Below are positions 34,025 to 44,818 of a stretch of DNA of 64,000 nucleotides, one piece after another. This DNA comes from Candidatus Marinacidobacterales bacterium (GTDB lineage: Bacteria; Acidobacteriota; Vicinamibacteria; Marinacidobacterales; SMYC01): assembly GCA_965224085.1 (NCBI GenBank), contig CBDCYI010000009.1, forward strand, positions 640,001 to 704,000, in the 5' to 3' direction. The position numbers were made by a program, and so were the translations under genes. Position 1 is the stretch's first letter. Every line of letters starts with the position of its first letter. The notes under the pieces are model-generated. The model had not been told where the DNA came from, searched no databases, and was given only the letters and a program-made list of their open reading frames with translations.

Positions 34025-35417
34025 GACGTGTGTAACGCTTGCGGATACGCGGCGCCTTCGTTTAACTCGTGCCGCAATCGGCACTGTCCCAAGTGTCAGA
34101 GCCTAGCCCAGGCGAAGTGGATGGAGCAGCGAGCTCAGAGGATTCTTCCGACTCACTATTTCCACGTCGTTTTCACCCTCCCGCAGCAACTCAAGCCTCT
34201 CGCCCGAGACAATCCCAAGTTCATGTTCAACCTCCTGTTTCGCGCCGCCTCGCGAACTCTATTGGAGTTCGGCCAAAGCCGGCTCGAAGCTCAACTTGCC
34301 TTCACCGCCGTACTGCACACCTGGACCCGGAAGCTCCTGTTCCATCCACACCTGCATTGCATCGTCTCCGGGGGCGGGCTCAACCACCCTCAGCAGCTGT
34401 GGAACGCCGCAAACCCTCGCTTTCTGTTTCCCGTCAAGGCCATGTCGCGGCTTTTTCGCAGCAAGTTTCTCGATGCCCTTAGGCTCGCTTACGACCAAGA
34501 TGAGCTTGAGTTGAGCGCAAACGCTTCCCACCTCAGAAACCCACCTCGCTTCCGGGAGCTGAAAGACAAGCTCTACCGCATCGATTGGGTCGTTTACAGC
34601 AAACGACCCTTCGGTGGCCCAGAGCAGGTTTTCAACTACCTCGGCCGATATACCCACCGGGTCGGCATCTCCAACCGCCGACTCATTCGCATCGACCACT
34701 ACGGCGTCTGCTTCGCCACCAAGAATGGTAATACCGTTACCGTCCCCCCAGAGGAATTTATCCGCCGTTTCCTCCTGCACGTACTGCCGAAAGGTTTCGT
34801 CAAGATTCGCCATTTCGGCTTAATGGCCTCCTCCAATGCGACCACCAAGCTCGTAGTCGCGCGCCAGTTGCTCGATGAGAAAACAAAACCCACGACCGAC
34901 GCCGACGACGTGCAAGTCAGCTCGCGTGCCACCGAGGACAAGGACTGGCGCGAGCGGCTCAAGGAGCTCACCGGCATCGACCTCACCATCTGTCCCCGCT
35001 GCAAGAAAGGTCGCATGCTCCGATGCCCTCTCTCCACGAAGCTTCGACGGATCAACCTCCAGATCCGCTCCCCTCCAGATGAGTCATGATCACGATGCTT
35101 TCGCTCCGCCTCTCACAACGCCGACCGGTCGTTGAAACGGACTCGTGTGTCTCGTCGCGAACTCATAACGCTACCGTGGTGGTTACCGCACCGGGTAGGC
35201 CCTTCTTCTATCTTCCCCGCCATATCTCTGTCGATTCGCAACTCCCTGACGTCCAACTCCGACTTCCTGTCCGACCGTCTTCTCACTCCAATTTATGCAT
35301 AGTTGCCGCTAGCTGGGCGGCTTAGTTCAATTACGGTTTGCACGAATGCTCGCTCTACAAGCATCGTGCCTCGCGTAACGCCGTGCTTCGCTCGATTCCT
35401 GCAAACCGCTATTAATT
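34025..35417 (+). mobile_element. IS91-family transposase (34028-35089), 5'-truncated, with structured 3' end
   Basis: NSCRNRHCPKCQ, HVVFTLP, HTW...HPHLH, YLGRY, KIRHFG; GGCTTAGTTCAA and hairpin downstream. Confidence 0.9.
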
Positions 35418-35465
35418 ATGTTAACATATTCTGGATCCTAACGGCGAGTCCAGATGCTGGTTAGG

Positions 35466-35494
35466 TTGACGATTGTCCTAGCCCCCCATAAACT
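35466..35494 (+). promoter_or_regulatory. Sigma70-like promoter of the epimerase operon
   Basis: TTGACG-N17-TAAACT. Confidence 0.6.
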
Positions 35495-35522
35495 AATCCG
35501 CATTGTTCCGGGGGGGTTCTAG

Positions 35523-36458
35523 GTGAGTTTGTATTTGGTAACCGGAGGCGCCGGGTTCGTCGGGTCCTATCTGGCGCGCTTTCTGTTGGATCGCGACGAA
35601 GAGGTCCGCGTTCTCGACAACTTTTCGACGGGCAAGCGCGAGAATTTGACGGAAGTCGAGCGCCGCATCGAGGTTGTCGAAGGCGACCTCAATGATCCGG
35701 CGGCCTTGTCGCGGGCGGTTTCGGGTGTCGACTACGTTTTCCACGAGGCGGCTATCCCATCCGTGCCACGTTCGGTCGACGAGCCGGTCGAATCGCACGA
35801 GGCGAATGCGACGGGAACGTTGAGCCTGCTATGTGCGTCCAAGGAGGCAGGGGTTCGGCGGCTCGTTTACGCGTCCTCGTCGTCGGTCTACGGCGCCAAT
35901 CCTGAGCTTCCCAAAATCGAGACGATGCGTACCGAACCTCTTTCGCCCTACGCAGTGGCGAAGCTTGCCGCCGAGCACTATTGCACCGTGTTCCATCAGC
36001 TCTACGGTCTCGAGACCGTGTCTCTACGATATTTCAACGTGTTCGGCCCTCGCCAAGATCCGAACGCGCCCTATTCTGGGGTCGTCAGTCGTTTCATTGA
36101 CGCCATCCTTTCCTCGATGCCGCCGACCATTCACGGCGAAGGCGATCAAACGAGGGACTTCACGTATGTCGAAAACGTCGCGCAGGCCAACTTCGCCGCA
36201 TGTCACGAGACTTCCGCCGCCGGCGGCGTGTACAACATCGGCTGCCAAACGCGCATTTCGGTGAACGAGCTTTGGGCCACCATGGCCGAGCTCACGAGCT
36301 CGAAGCTCGAGCCGTCCTACACTTCCGTCCGCTCGGGGGATGTGCCCCATTCGCTCGCGGATATTTCAGCGGCGCGTTGCGATTTGCGCTTCGACCCCCA
36401 AATCGATGTGCGCGAAGGTCTAAAACGCACGCTCGAGTTCTACATTCCGGCGACATGA
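35523..36458 (+). CDS. NAD-dependent nucleotide-sugar epimerase/dehydratase (extended SDR)
   Basis: TGGAGFVG, SSSSVYG, YAVAK, RYFNVFGP. Confidence 0.93.
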   Translation: MSLYLVTGGAGFVGSYLARFLLDRDEEVRVLDNFSTGKRENLTEVERRIEVVEGDLNDPAALSRAVSGVDYVFHEAAIPSVPRSVDEPVESHEANATGTLSLLCASKEAGVRRLVYASSSSVYGANPELPKIETMRTEPLSPYAVAKLAAEHYCTVFHQLYGLETVSLRYFNVFGPRQDPNAPYSGVVSRFIDAILSSMPPTIHGEGDQTRDFTYVENVAQANFAACHETSAAGGVYNIGCQTRISVNELWATMAELTSSKLEPSYTSVRSGDVPHSLADISAARCDLRFDPQIDVREGLKRTLEFYIPAT

Positions 36459-37738
36459 CCCGAGGCTCGCGACGGCAGGCATGGAGCAACCTTGCTCTGT
36501 GGTTTCTTCTATCCGTCGCGAGCTGGGCTGTCGTCGCTTGGTGGCTGGGTGTTCGTCGCATCGGCGAGCTGCCCGCCGTGGCGCCGCCCCGCGCGGCCGA
36601 TCGCGCCGCCTTACTGGTCCCGGCGGCGACGTCGATCCCGGATCGCCTGCGGCGCGACGAGACGCTGTCGACCGTCCTCGCGCGCAACGGCTTTTCGAGC
36701 GCAGACGTCTACGAGATCGCACGAGCCCTTTCCGCCATCATGGATGTGCGTCACCTGCGAGCGGGTGACGAGTTCGAGTTCCACTACGATATATCAGGCG
36801 TGGCGAGCAGGATCCAGATCCATCGCACTCAGTTGCAACGGATCGCGCTGACGCGCTCCAGGCTCGGATGGCAATCGGAGTCCGAAGAAGTCGAGCTCAC
36901 ACGAAGTACGGTCTCGCTCACAAGTGTACTCGACGACAACCTTTTCGTGAGCATGAGCCGACTCGGCGAAGGAGCGCCTCTCACGATCGCCTTCGCCAAC
37001 GTGTTCGCCTGGGATTTCGACTTCCACACTGAGAGCCGCAATGGGGACCGATTTTCGGTCGTTGTCGAGAAGCTCTACCACGATGGTGTGTTCGTAGGAT
37101 ACGGCGATCTACGCGCGGCGAGCTACGTATCTTACTTGTCGAAAGAGCGTGTTTTCAGCGCCTTCTTATACGAGGATCCGGCAGGCAATCGCGACTATTA
37201 CGACCCGGAAGGTAAGTCGATGCGAAAAGCGTTTTTGAGAGCGCCCCTCGACTTCGAGCGCATCAGCTCCGGATTTTCCCGCTCTCGGCTCCACCCGATC
37301 CACAAAAGAAGGATGCCGCATCTCGGCGTGGACTACGCCGCGCGATCGGGCACTCCCGTCTACTCGGTAGCTGCCGGGGTCGTCACGGACCGCAACTTCA
37401 CCAAAGGAGGCGGCAACACGGTGACGGTCCGCCACGCGATGGGCTATACGACGAAGTATCTTCACTTGTCACGCTTCGCGCGCGGCCTGCGTGTGGGACG
37501 ACGCGTCGAGCAGAAAGAAGTGATTGGCTATGTGGGCATGACAGGGTCCGCGACCGGACCGCATCTCGATTTCCGGCTCATCCACCACGGAAAAGCGGTC
37601 AACCCGGTGACACAAATCTTCCCCCCGGGCCCTCCGGTGGCGGGGGCGTATCGCGCCGATTTCGAGTCCCGAAAAGAGAAACTCGCGCGCCAGCTCGAAG
37701 CGCCTCGTCGGGCCGGCCGCGCCGTCGACGATTCGTAG
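36455..37738 (+). CDS. M23 peptidoglycan DD-endopeptidase (MepM-like)
   Basis: HLGVDY, YLHLS, TGPHLDF; N-terminal TM; ATGA coupling. Confidence 0.9.
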   Translation: MTRGSRRQAWSNLALWFLLSVASWAVVAWWLGVRRIGELPAVAPPRAADRAALLVPAATSIPDRLRRDETLSTVLARNGFSSADVYEIARALSAIMDVRHLRAGDEFEFHYDISGVASRIQIHRTQLQRIALTRSRLGWQSESEEVELTRSTVSLTSVLDDNLFVSMSRLGEGAPLTIAFANVFAWDFDFHTESRNGDRFSVVVEKLYHDGVFVGYGDLRAASYVSYLSKERVFSAFLYEDPAGNRDYYDPEGKSMRKAFLRAPLDFERISSGFSRSRLHPIHKRRMPHLGVDYAARSGTPVYSVAAGVVTDRNFTKGGGNTVTVRHAMGYTTKYLHLSRFARGLRVGRRVEQKEVIGYVGMTGSATGPHLDFRLIHHGKAVNPVTQIFPPGPPVAGAYRADFESRKEKLARQLEAPRRAGRAVDDS

Positions 37739-38042
37739 CGCGGACTCGAGCGAGCGAGCTGTTTGAACGGACCTTGAAGCGGCGCGACCGGATCCGGCCC
37801 GATCCCCTGAATACGCGATTGAAGGCCGGTTCGATGTTCGCGCAGGCACGCTATACCGTCACTTCGCCGATCGGGGTCTCACGTACCTGGGACCGGTGAA
37901 CCCTACCTTTCTTGGATGCCTCTGGCCAACGCAGTGGGAGCGCTGGATGCGGGCAATCTGCAGAGGGGGTGCGGGACCCCCTTTGCCCCTTTACGCTGGT
38001 TCTTATAGCTAAGCTAATATTCCGAACTGCAACGGACTGGCG

Positions 38043-38801
38043 CTACTCGCTCGCCCCCTTGTCCGCGAGCAACGCGTCGACGGCGGCCTCCAAGTTTGCG
38101 AAGGGCTGATCGACGCTCGGCGCCGGCCGTAGATTCCCTTCGCGGTCGATGAGGAAGTTCGCCGGGTAACGCGCGGTGGCGCTGAAAATTTCTGGCACGT
38201 CTCCTTGGATCGTTAGCAGCGGATAGCTTACGGTGACTTCCTCGGTGAACGTCAACTGCGTTTCGACTTCTTCGGTCGAGAGTCCGAAGATCATAAACCC
38301 GTCGTCTTTGCGTGATTGGTAAAGCCGCTCCAGATCTGGCATTTCCTTGCGACACGGCCGACACCAGGTTGCCCAGACGTTCACGAGCACGACTTTGCCA
38401 TCGTGATCGGCCAGGCGGTGACGTTTCCCATAGATGTCGAAGGTGTCGAGGACCGGCGCCTTGACACCGCTCAAGGCGAGGTTCGTCGCCTGACTCTGGC
38501 GCTTCAGCACACCGCGAATGGGAAGCCAGGTGAGGGCGAGCGACAAGACCGCGAGCGTCAAGCCTACCTTCGCGGACGTGCTGAAGGCCGCGCGTCGTCG
38601 ATCCCCGAGCGCAAGCAACAGCGTGATTACGAACGGGACGACCATCACGAACGTCGTCATCGAGAGTCGAAAGACGAAGTCGTCGTCACGGTTGGTGCTC
38701 GCGCTGGTGAGCGTGCCATAAACGAGAATGCCGAGCCCGGCCCCGAGCGCCGGAGACAGGATGCCCGCGATTAGCGCGCGGTATGAAGAAAGTTTCGACA
38801 T
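38043..38801 (-). CDS. Membrane-anchored TlpA-family thioredoxin
   Basis: VNVWATWCRPC; three N-terminal hydrophobic segments. Confidence 0.88.
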   Translation of the reverse strand: MSKLSSYRALIAGILSPALGAGLGILVYGTLTSASTNRDDDFVFRLSMTTFVMVVPFVITLLLALGDRRRAAFSTSAKVGLTLAVLSLALTWLPIRGVLKRQSQATNLALSGVKAPVLDTFDIYGKRHRLADHDGKVVLVNVWATWCRPCRKEMPDLERLYQSRKDDGFMIFGLSTEEVETQLTFTEEVTVSYPLLTIQGDVPEIFSATARYPANFLIDREGNLRPAPSVDQPFANLEAAVDALLADKGASE

Positions 38802-38840
38802 GGCGTCCCAGCATAGTCCAAATGAGAGACGAGCGGAAAT

Positions 38841-40175
38841 TCAGTGGGCGCTCGGGCGAAAGCGCTTCAGATCCGCTTCCCATGCCGTCTGGAATTCTTG
38901 GTAGTCGAGGCCAACGACCTCTTTCAGCGCCTCGTTCATGGTATGGGAGCCGCCAAGAATCCTTAGAATCTTCCGCAGCGATTCGCGTCCACGGCGCAGC
39001 TCGAGATATTCCGTGGCAGCGAGCGATTCGGCGTAAACGAGCCGCGCTTTCTCTTTCGAGTAGTTGACGAAGAGGCCTTCGAGACTCCAGAGGGGCAGGA
39101 GATTACCTTCTGCCTGCACGACGCGAAGCATCGGATAGGGATCCATCCGGTCGCTCCCTTCACGCAGCTGCGCGAGGCCTTCATGAAACCACGAGGGGCA
39201 ATTTCCTCGCGTCATGGCGTTGATGAAGCTGTGTGTGAGCTCGTGGCGAATGACTCGTCGCAGCTTTGGCGTGATTTCAGTGAGCCCCTCGACCGGTATC
39301 CTTATTTCGCCGTCGTTCAGGGCAGACGCCCAGGCAGGAGCATGAGTCACGTCGCGAAACTCGCGCTTGGTGTAGAGAGTGACTTCGATTGGGTCCGTCG
39401 GCTCGAATCGAAACTCTTGCCGAAGGGCGGCGTACTCACTGTCGAGGGTAGTCGCGACGAGGTGGCCGACGGTTTCATTGATGTGCCCGTCATAGCGGAT
39501 CACATAGTGAGGACGCCGAACCTCTTCGAAGTCGATATCCTGATCGTTTTCTCGAAGTGCCTGCTTCAATTTGTAGAGCAGTTCGGGGGAGGGATCGATG
39601 TTGAGTGCTAGCTGCCACTCGCGGATGGCGAGCGCGCTCTGTCCGAGCCCGGCATAGACGTTTCCGAGAAGCTCGCGCATCGACGCGTTGTCGTGGTGGT
39701 GCCGCTTCGCTTGCTGAAGCACCGAGCGCGCGGCGCGCAGGTCGCCGCGCTCAAAATGGACTTTGGCGAGCTCCATCTGCACTTCGAAATCATCGGGAGC
39801 TCTCGAGACCGCCTTCCGGAAGAGCTCGGCCGCGCTCTCGAGATCGCCTTCGGCGACGGATTCACGTGCTTTTTCGACATCCTCGCTGACGAGTGCGTTT
39901 CGGAATCGCGATGTGGGCACCTCCGCCTCGTCGGCAGGGTCTGTTTTGACCGTCACGCCCCTGCGCTCGTGGACCCTTTCGAGAAGGTGTTGCGGGAACC
40001 CGAAGGTGCTTCCGTTTTTCTCGTAGAGGACCTGATTACCCTTTTCCCAATATCTTTCGACGGTAATCGATCGGCCGTTCGTGAGAAACAGAACGACTTC
40101 TGCCTCCGCGAGCGAGCCCCACAAGGTAGCGAGGACTACGGCGATGGCTCGAATCGGACGAGCGCTCGTCATCAC
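38841..40175 (-). CDS. TPR plus peptidase MA-like metallohydrolase
   Basis: TPRs, HELTH, WFHEGLA. Confidence 0.85.
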   Translation of the reverse strand: MMTSARPIRAIAVVLATLWGSLAEAEVVLFLTNGRSITVERYWEKGNQVLYEKNGSTFGFPQHLLERVHERRGVTVKTDPADEAEVPTSRFRNALVSEDVEKARESVAEGDLESAAELFRKAVSRAPDDFEVQMELAKVHFERGDLRAARSVLQQAKRHHHDNASMRELLGNVYAGLGQSALAIREWQLALNIDPSPELLYKLKQALRENDQDIDFEEVRRPHYVIRYDGHINETVGHLVATTLDSEYAALRQEFRFEPTDPIEVTLYTKREFRDVTHAPAWASALNDGEIRIPVEGLTEITPKLRRVIRHELTHSFINAMTRGNCPSWFHEGLAQLREGSDRMDPYPMLRVVQAEGNLLPLWSLEGLFVNYSKEKARLVYAESLAATEYLELRRGRESLRKILRILGGSHTMNEALKEVVGLDYQEFQTAWEADLKRFRPSAH

Positions 40176-40192
40176 AAAGGCGACGGATTGGG

Positions 40193-40738
40193 TCAGCGAA
40201 GAAGGCGGGCGAGCGGTACGGCAGCTGCGTCTCCCGCGCTAATTTCGTAGGGAAGCGACCCCTTCCCGCTATTGGCGGCCTGCTGTGTATCGAATAGCCC
40301 CCACATGATCCGGTAACAGCTTCGACCTTGCACCGTCGTGGGCAGTATGAAGATCTGTTCGGATCCGCTAGCACTTGCGACGATGCGGCCGACATTGTCT
40401 TCGTTGCAATAAAGACCAACAGCGATCGTGAACTTGTTCGCGCTAGAGGCGCGCAGCTGGTCGAGAAACGACCGGGCGGATCCGTTGAGGTTCCCTGCTG
40501 CGAGTTGTTGACGCGCGTTCCCTAACGAAGGCGAACTCGTTCGCGATGGAGGCGGCTGCGTGCGCCGGGCGGTGGTGGTGCTCGGAGCGGGTGGCGGCGG
40601 TGCCGCCCGCGGTTGCGTCGGTGGGGGGCTCGGAGCGGGCGGCGGCGGTGACGTCGTCGCGGCGGGAGGCGGTGTCGTCGCGCGTGGATCCCGCGTGGGA
40701 TCGGCGGTCCCGGCGCGCGGGTCGGCCACTTCACGACC
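40193..40738 (-). pseudogene. 3' fragment: Pro/Thr-rich linker plus SPOR-like domain
   Basis: Pro-rich stretch, CYRIMWGLF; no credible start, junction near 40738. Confidence 0.55.
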
Positions 40739-41115
40739 CGTGAACGTCGAGGGCGAGACACGCTACTTCAACCAGGTCGTCTTCGCGAATGGTTCGAAGC
40801 GTGAAGCATTTCTCGAGAAACTGCTCGAAGCCTACGCACGCTGGACGAAGGATGGCGCGGAACTCGGAGATCCTCGTACCGGCAAGTCGGGGAAGTGAGC
40901 CTCTCGCCGTCGGCTCACCGAAAACCGAAAGCCGAATGCTGTCACATTCGCCAGCGGAGGAACTCGTCGAGAGACGTCACTCCAGCCGTCTCGGCCATTA
41001 GCCTATGTGGGCCTCGCCCATCCTCTCCCATCTCTCTGGATTCAACACCGCACACTTGATGCGCTGCGTCCATACCTCGCCCTGTGACTCGGTGGCCGCG
41101 CGCTCAGCCCGCTAG

Positions 41116-43117
41116 CCCATGTTTCCCTTTTAGGTCTCTAAGTCATCATAAACAAAGGACTGAGATCCGCGGTTTGTCTCTACGCTGACAGCACCTCCTC
41201 GGAGAAGGCTGGCGGGTCGCGTTCAACGATTCCGAGTGCAGTCAGGATCGAGTTGGCGCGAGCGGTGCCGCGCGTGACGACGCGCTTGGTCCGCCCAGAA
41301 CCCAGCTGTAAGTCGACGAGCCGGACCGAGCGTAGCGCTTGTAGTGCCTCGGTTGCGGACAGGTCGAGTTCGGCGACCTTGAGCTTTTTCTCAAGAGCCC
41401 GATGCACAAGGAAGGCCAGCGTAGCTACGAAAAGATGTGCCTCCACACGCTCATCGGTCTGGTGGTAAACGGGACGCATCTCAATGACATCCTTAAGGCA
41501 TGAGAAGGCTCGCTCGACCTCGTTTAGGTCCTTGTAAAGGCGCACGGCGTCGACCGGAGAGAGGTTTTGCTCCTCGGTTTGAATAACGTACTTACCCTCG
41601 TAGGCTTGCTCGCGCTTGAGGTTGACCGGGTGCTCGAAGAAGCGGAAGCGAGCGTTTTTGTACTCCCAGTCGTAGTAACGGTGACCGTGGTGGCGTGCCT
41701 GTATGCGCGCGGCGGCGGCACCGATTTTCTCGGGGGCTTTCAATCGTCCCTCGCGCACGCGGCGCTCAAGGGCCTCGAATGCCGCACGGGCACGTCCCAT
41801 GGCCCGCAGCCTCTGCCCGCGCTCGTAGGCGAGCCTTTCGTCGCTGTGAACGACGAAGATGCGCACGCCAGACTGCTCGGAGCGGACTTCTTGCACACGA
41901 GTCTTAGGTGGCTCGGCTTTTTCGCTCACCGTGATGCCACCAGGGCAGTCGATCCACTCTCCGCTGGCGCGCTCGATGTAACGATAGACCTCCTCGCGCC
42001 GTCGTCTTTGCAGCCCGACGAGATAGCCCTGCTTGCGCGAGCGCACCACCGCCAGGCTGTCGCTCGTTACCATCCCTCGGTCGCCGACAAAAACCACGCG
42101 GTGCAAACCGAATCGTTCGTTGAGATCGTTGAGCACCTGCGGCACCGTTTTCGCGTCACGCCAGTTGCCGGCGAAAACATGGTGGGCGATCGGCCAACCG
42201 TCCACCATCACCAGACCGACAAGCACTTGCCGGTTACGCGGTCTGCGGTCGCGACTGTAGCCGTGGGCGCCGAGCCCCGGAGGGCCTTGACCTTCGAAGT
42301 ACGTCGACGTCAGGTCGTAAAACACCATGTCAACCTCAAGCGAAAACAGATCCCGCAAGCGCAAAAACAGCTCTTTCTCGATCTGTTCTTTGCGGGCATG
42401 CAGCTGGTCGAGCGTTCGGTACCATTGCTTGAGTTGGCGAAACTCCACGCGAACCCGCGGGGAGCGACTCGCTCGCCGCTCCCCATCATCGCGCCACTGC
42501 GGCACCCACCGCCGCCCCTGCCGGTCGCAGACGAAGTCGGTCTCGAGCCAGCGCGCCAGACCGTGCTCGCTTGACGGAGCACATAGCCGGTTGGCGACCA
42601 GCACCAAAGCTCGCTCGCTTAGCGCCACTCCGTCGCGCTTGCCGCGGCCTCCGAGCCGGTCGAGAATCTGCTCCAGTCCGAGCTCGCGCCACAGCGTCGC
42701 CGTCACCACCATCGGACCCCAATCCCACGCGTCTGCCCCCGCGATCTGCTCGGCTGCTCGCTCGGTGTCGGCCGGTTCACCGGCCCCAAGCAACCGATTG
42801 AGGGAGTCGAGATTGGCAACTAGGAGATCCTTGCGCCCCAAGTTGCACACTACGCGTTGCTTCGGCTTGCCGTGCTCCCGATACGACTCGACCAGGCGGA
42901 CATACTCATGTTGAACCCCTTTGCCGCCTGCGGCCCGAACGATGCGGAAGAACATAACCTGTCCTCACGCATACTACATATCATTGTCCACGATTACAAC
43001 GTATTAATGGCGCTCAAAGCACAATATCTGTCTCTACGTTTTGGGCAAATTCAACCCCCGTTCCTTTGAATTCAGTCACTTACGAGCGTTAGGGTGCCCA
43101 TAAAGGGTAAACATGGG
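41116..43117 (-). mobile_element. IS1634-family element, complete; transposase 41180-42955
   Basis: IR CCCATGTTT(C/A)CC; CTAG duplicated on both flanks; YDLTSTYFEG, GYSRD, DRGM, VERAF. Confidence 0.95.
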
Positions 43118-43190
43118 CTAGACGAGTCATCCGGTTAATCTGATTCTGCTCAGTATAGTGGTCTCGGCGCGGCCGCATCAACTGCAATCA

Positions 43191-43220
43191 TTGACACTAA
43201 TGAGGTCCTCATGGTAATTT
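43191..43220 (+). promoter_or_regulatory. gcv promoter with palindrome in the spacer
   Basis: TTGACA at 43191; GGTAATTT downstream; ATGAGG-T-CCTCAT at 43200-43212. Confidence 0.5.
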
Positions 43221-43267
43221 TCACCGGCGATTTTGCGGAACCTCACCGATTGATAGCCTTCCTAGGC

Positions 43268-44365
43268 ATGACTAGCCAGCCCAGACGAACGCCGCTCCAC
43301 TCTCTTCACAAAGAGCAAGGTGGGCGCATGGTGGACTTTGCCGGCTGGGAGATGCCGGTGAGCTTCGCGGGCGTGGTGGAAGAACATTTGACCGTTCGCA
43401 AGCGGGCGGGTCTGTTCGACGTCAGCCACATGGGAGAGTTTCTCATCGAGGGGAAGGATGCGGAGGCGCTTTTGCAGCGGCTGACGCCCAACAACGTCTC
43501 GCGACTCGCCGACGGGCAGGCGCAGTATTCTGCGCTCACCACCGAGACGGGCTGTTTTGTCGATGATGTGCTCGTCTACCGCCGAGGCGAACAGCGTTAT
43601 CTCATGGTCGTCAATGCGGCGAATATCCAGAAAGATTTCGAATGGATCGAATCGAGGGCCGAGGGGGACCTAGAGCTCACGAACGCAAGCGACGATTTCG
43701 CGCTCTTGGCGCTTCAGGGGCCGCGTTCGGCCGAGATTCTTCAGCCGCTCACCGATCTCGATTTGACCGAAATAAAGTACTACCGGTTTGCCTATGGCGA
43801 GGTGCTCGGCGAGAAGGCCATGGTCGCCCGGGTGGGCTATACCGGAGAGGCCGGTTTCGAGGTGATGGTGGCTCCGGAGCTCGCGGACAAAACAGCGCGC
43901 GGGCTCTTCGAAAAAGGTGCAGTGCACGGTCTTTCTCCGATTGGGCTCGCGGCGCGGGACACGCTCCGGCTCGAGGCGAAGATGGCGCTCTACGGGAACG
44001 ACATCGATAACGAGCACACTGTGCTCGAGGCCGATCTCGGCTGGATCGTGAAGTTTCAGCAAGGTGATTTCGTTGGGCGGGACGCTCTCGAACAGCAGAA
44101 GGAGCAGGGGATCGAGCGCAAGCTCGTCGGCTTCGAGATGGTCGATCGGGGCATCGCCCGCCACGGGTATCCTGTCTTCGTGGATTCTGATTCGGTCGGG
44201 TCCGTTACCAGCGGGAGCCACGCACCCTATTTGAAGAAGAGCATCGGGCTCACTTATCTTCCCATCGGAGCCTGCTCGGATGGCACGGAGTTCGAGGTCG
44301 AGATTCGCGGGCGGCGCGCCACCGCGCGTGTCGTGCCCACGCCGTTTTACAAGCGAGAAAAATAG
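43268..44365 (+). CDS. gcvT: Glycine cleavage aminomethyltransferase T
   Basis: RTPLH, FAGWEMP, FDVSHMG, ARDTLRLEA. Confidence 0.96.
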   Translation: MTSQPRRTPLHSLHKEQGGRMVDFAGWEMPVSFAGVVEEHLTVRKRAGLFDVSHMGEFLIEGKDAEALLQRLTPNNVSRLADGQAQYSALTTETGCFVDDVLVYRRGEQRYLMVVNAANIQKDFEWIESRAEGDLELTNASDDFALLALQGPRSAEILQPLTDLDLTEIKYYRFAYGEVLGEKAMVARVGYTGEAGFEVMVAPELADKTARGLFEKGAVHGLSPIGLAARDTLRLEAKMALYGNDIDNEHTVLEADLGWIVKFQQGDFVGRDALEQQKEQGIERKLVGFEMVDRGIARHGYPVFVDSDSVGSVTSGSHAPYLKKSIGLTYLPIGACSDGTEFEVEIRGRRATARVVPTPFYKREK

Positions 44366-44428
44366 CGCGGCGGCACCCGCATTCTACGAAAAAGGTGAAA
44401 AGCGGGCGCCGCGCCCTTGGAGACACAA

Positions 44429-44818
44429 ATGCTTCCTGAAGACCGCAAGTACTCGAAAGAACATGAATGGATCCTGGTCGACGGTGAGAACGGAAGAGTT
44501 GGCATCACCGATCACGCGCAGGGCGCGCTCGGCGACGTCGTCTATGTCGAGCTTCCCGAAGTTGGTGCCGCAGTGGCCGCTATGGAAGTCTTCGGCGGCA
44601 TCGAATCCGTGAAGGCTGTCTCGGAGCTTTTCTCCCCGGTCTCCGGCGAAGTGGTGGAAATCAATTCGAAAGTTGTCGACAGCCCGGAGATGGTGAATGC
44701 CGATCCTCATGGCGATGCTTGGCTCATCGTCGTGAAGATGAGCGATCTGTCGGAGCTCGATAGCTTGATGTCCGCAGCGCAGTATCAGGCCTATCTCGAC
44801 GAGGAGGGCGAAGGTTGA
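44429..44818 (+). CDS. gcvH: Glycine cleavage H protein
   Basis: HEW, GITDHAQ, lipoyl motif ESVKA. Confidence 0.97.
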   Translation: MLPEDRKYSKEHEWILVDGENGRVGITDHAQGALGDVVYVELPEVGAAVAAMEVFGGIESVKAVSELFSPVSGEVVEINSKVVDSPEMVNADPHGDAWLIVVKMSDLSELDSLMSAAQYQAYLDEEGEG

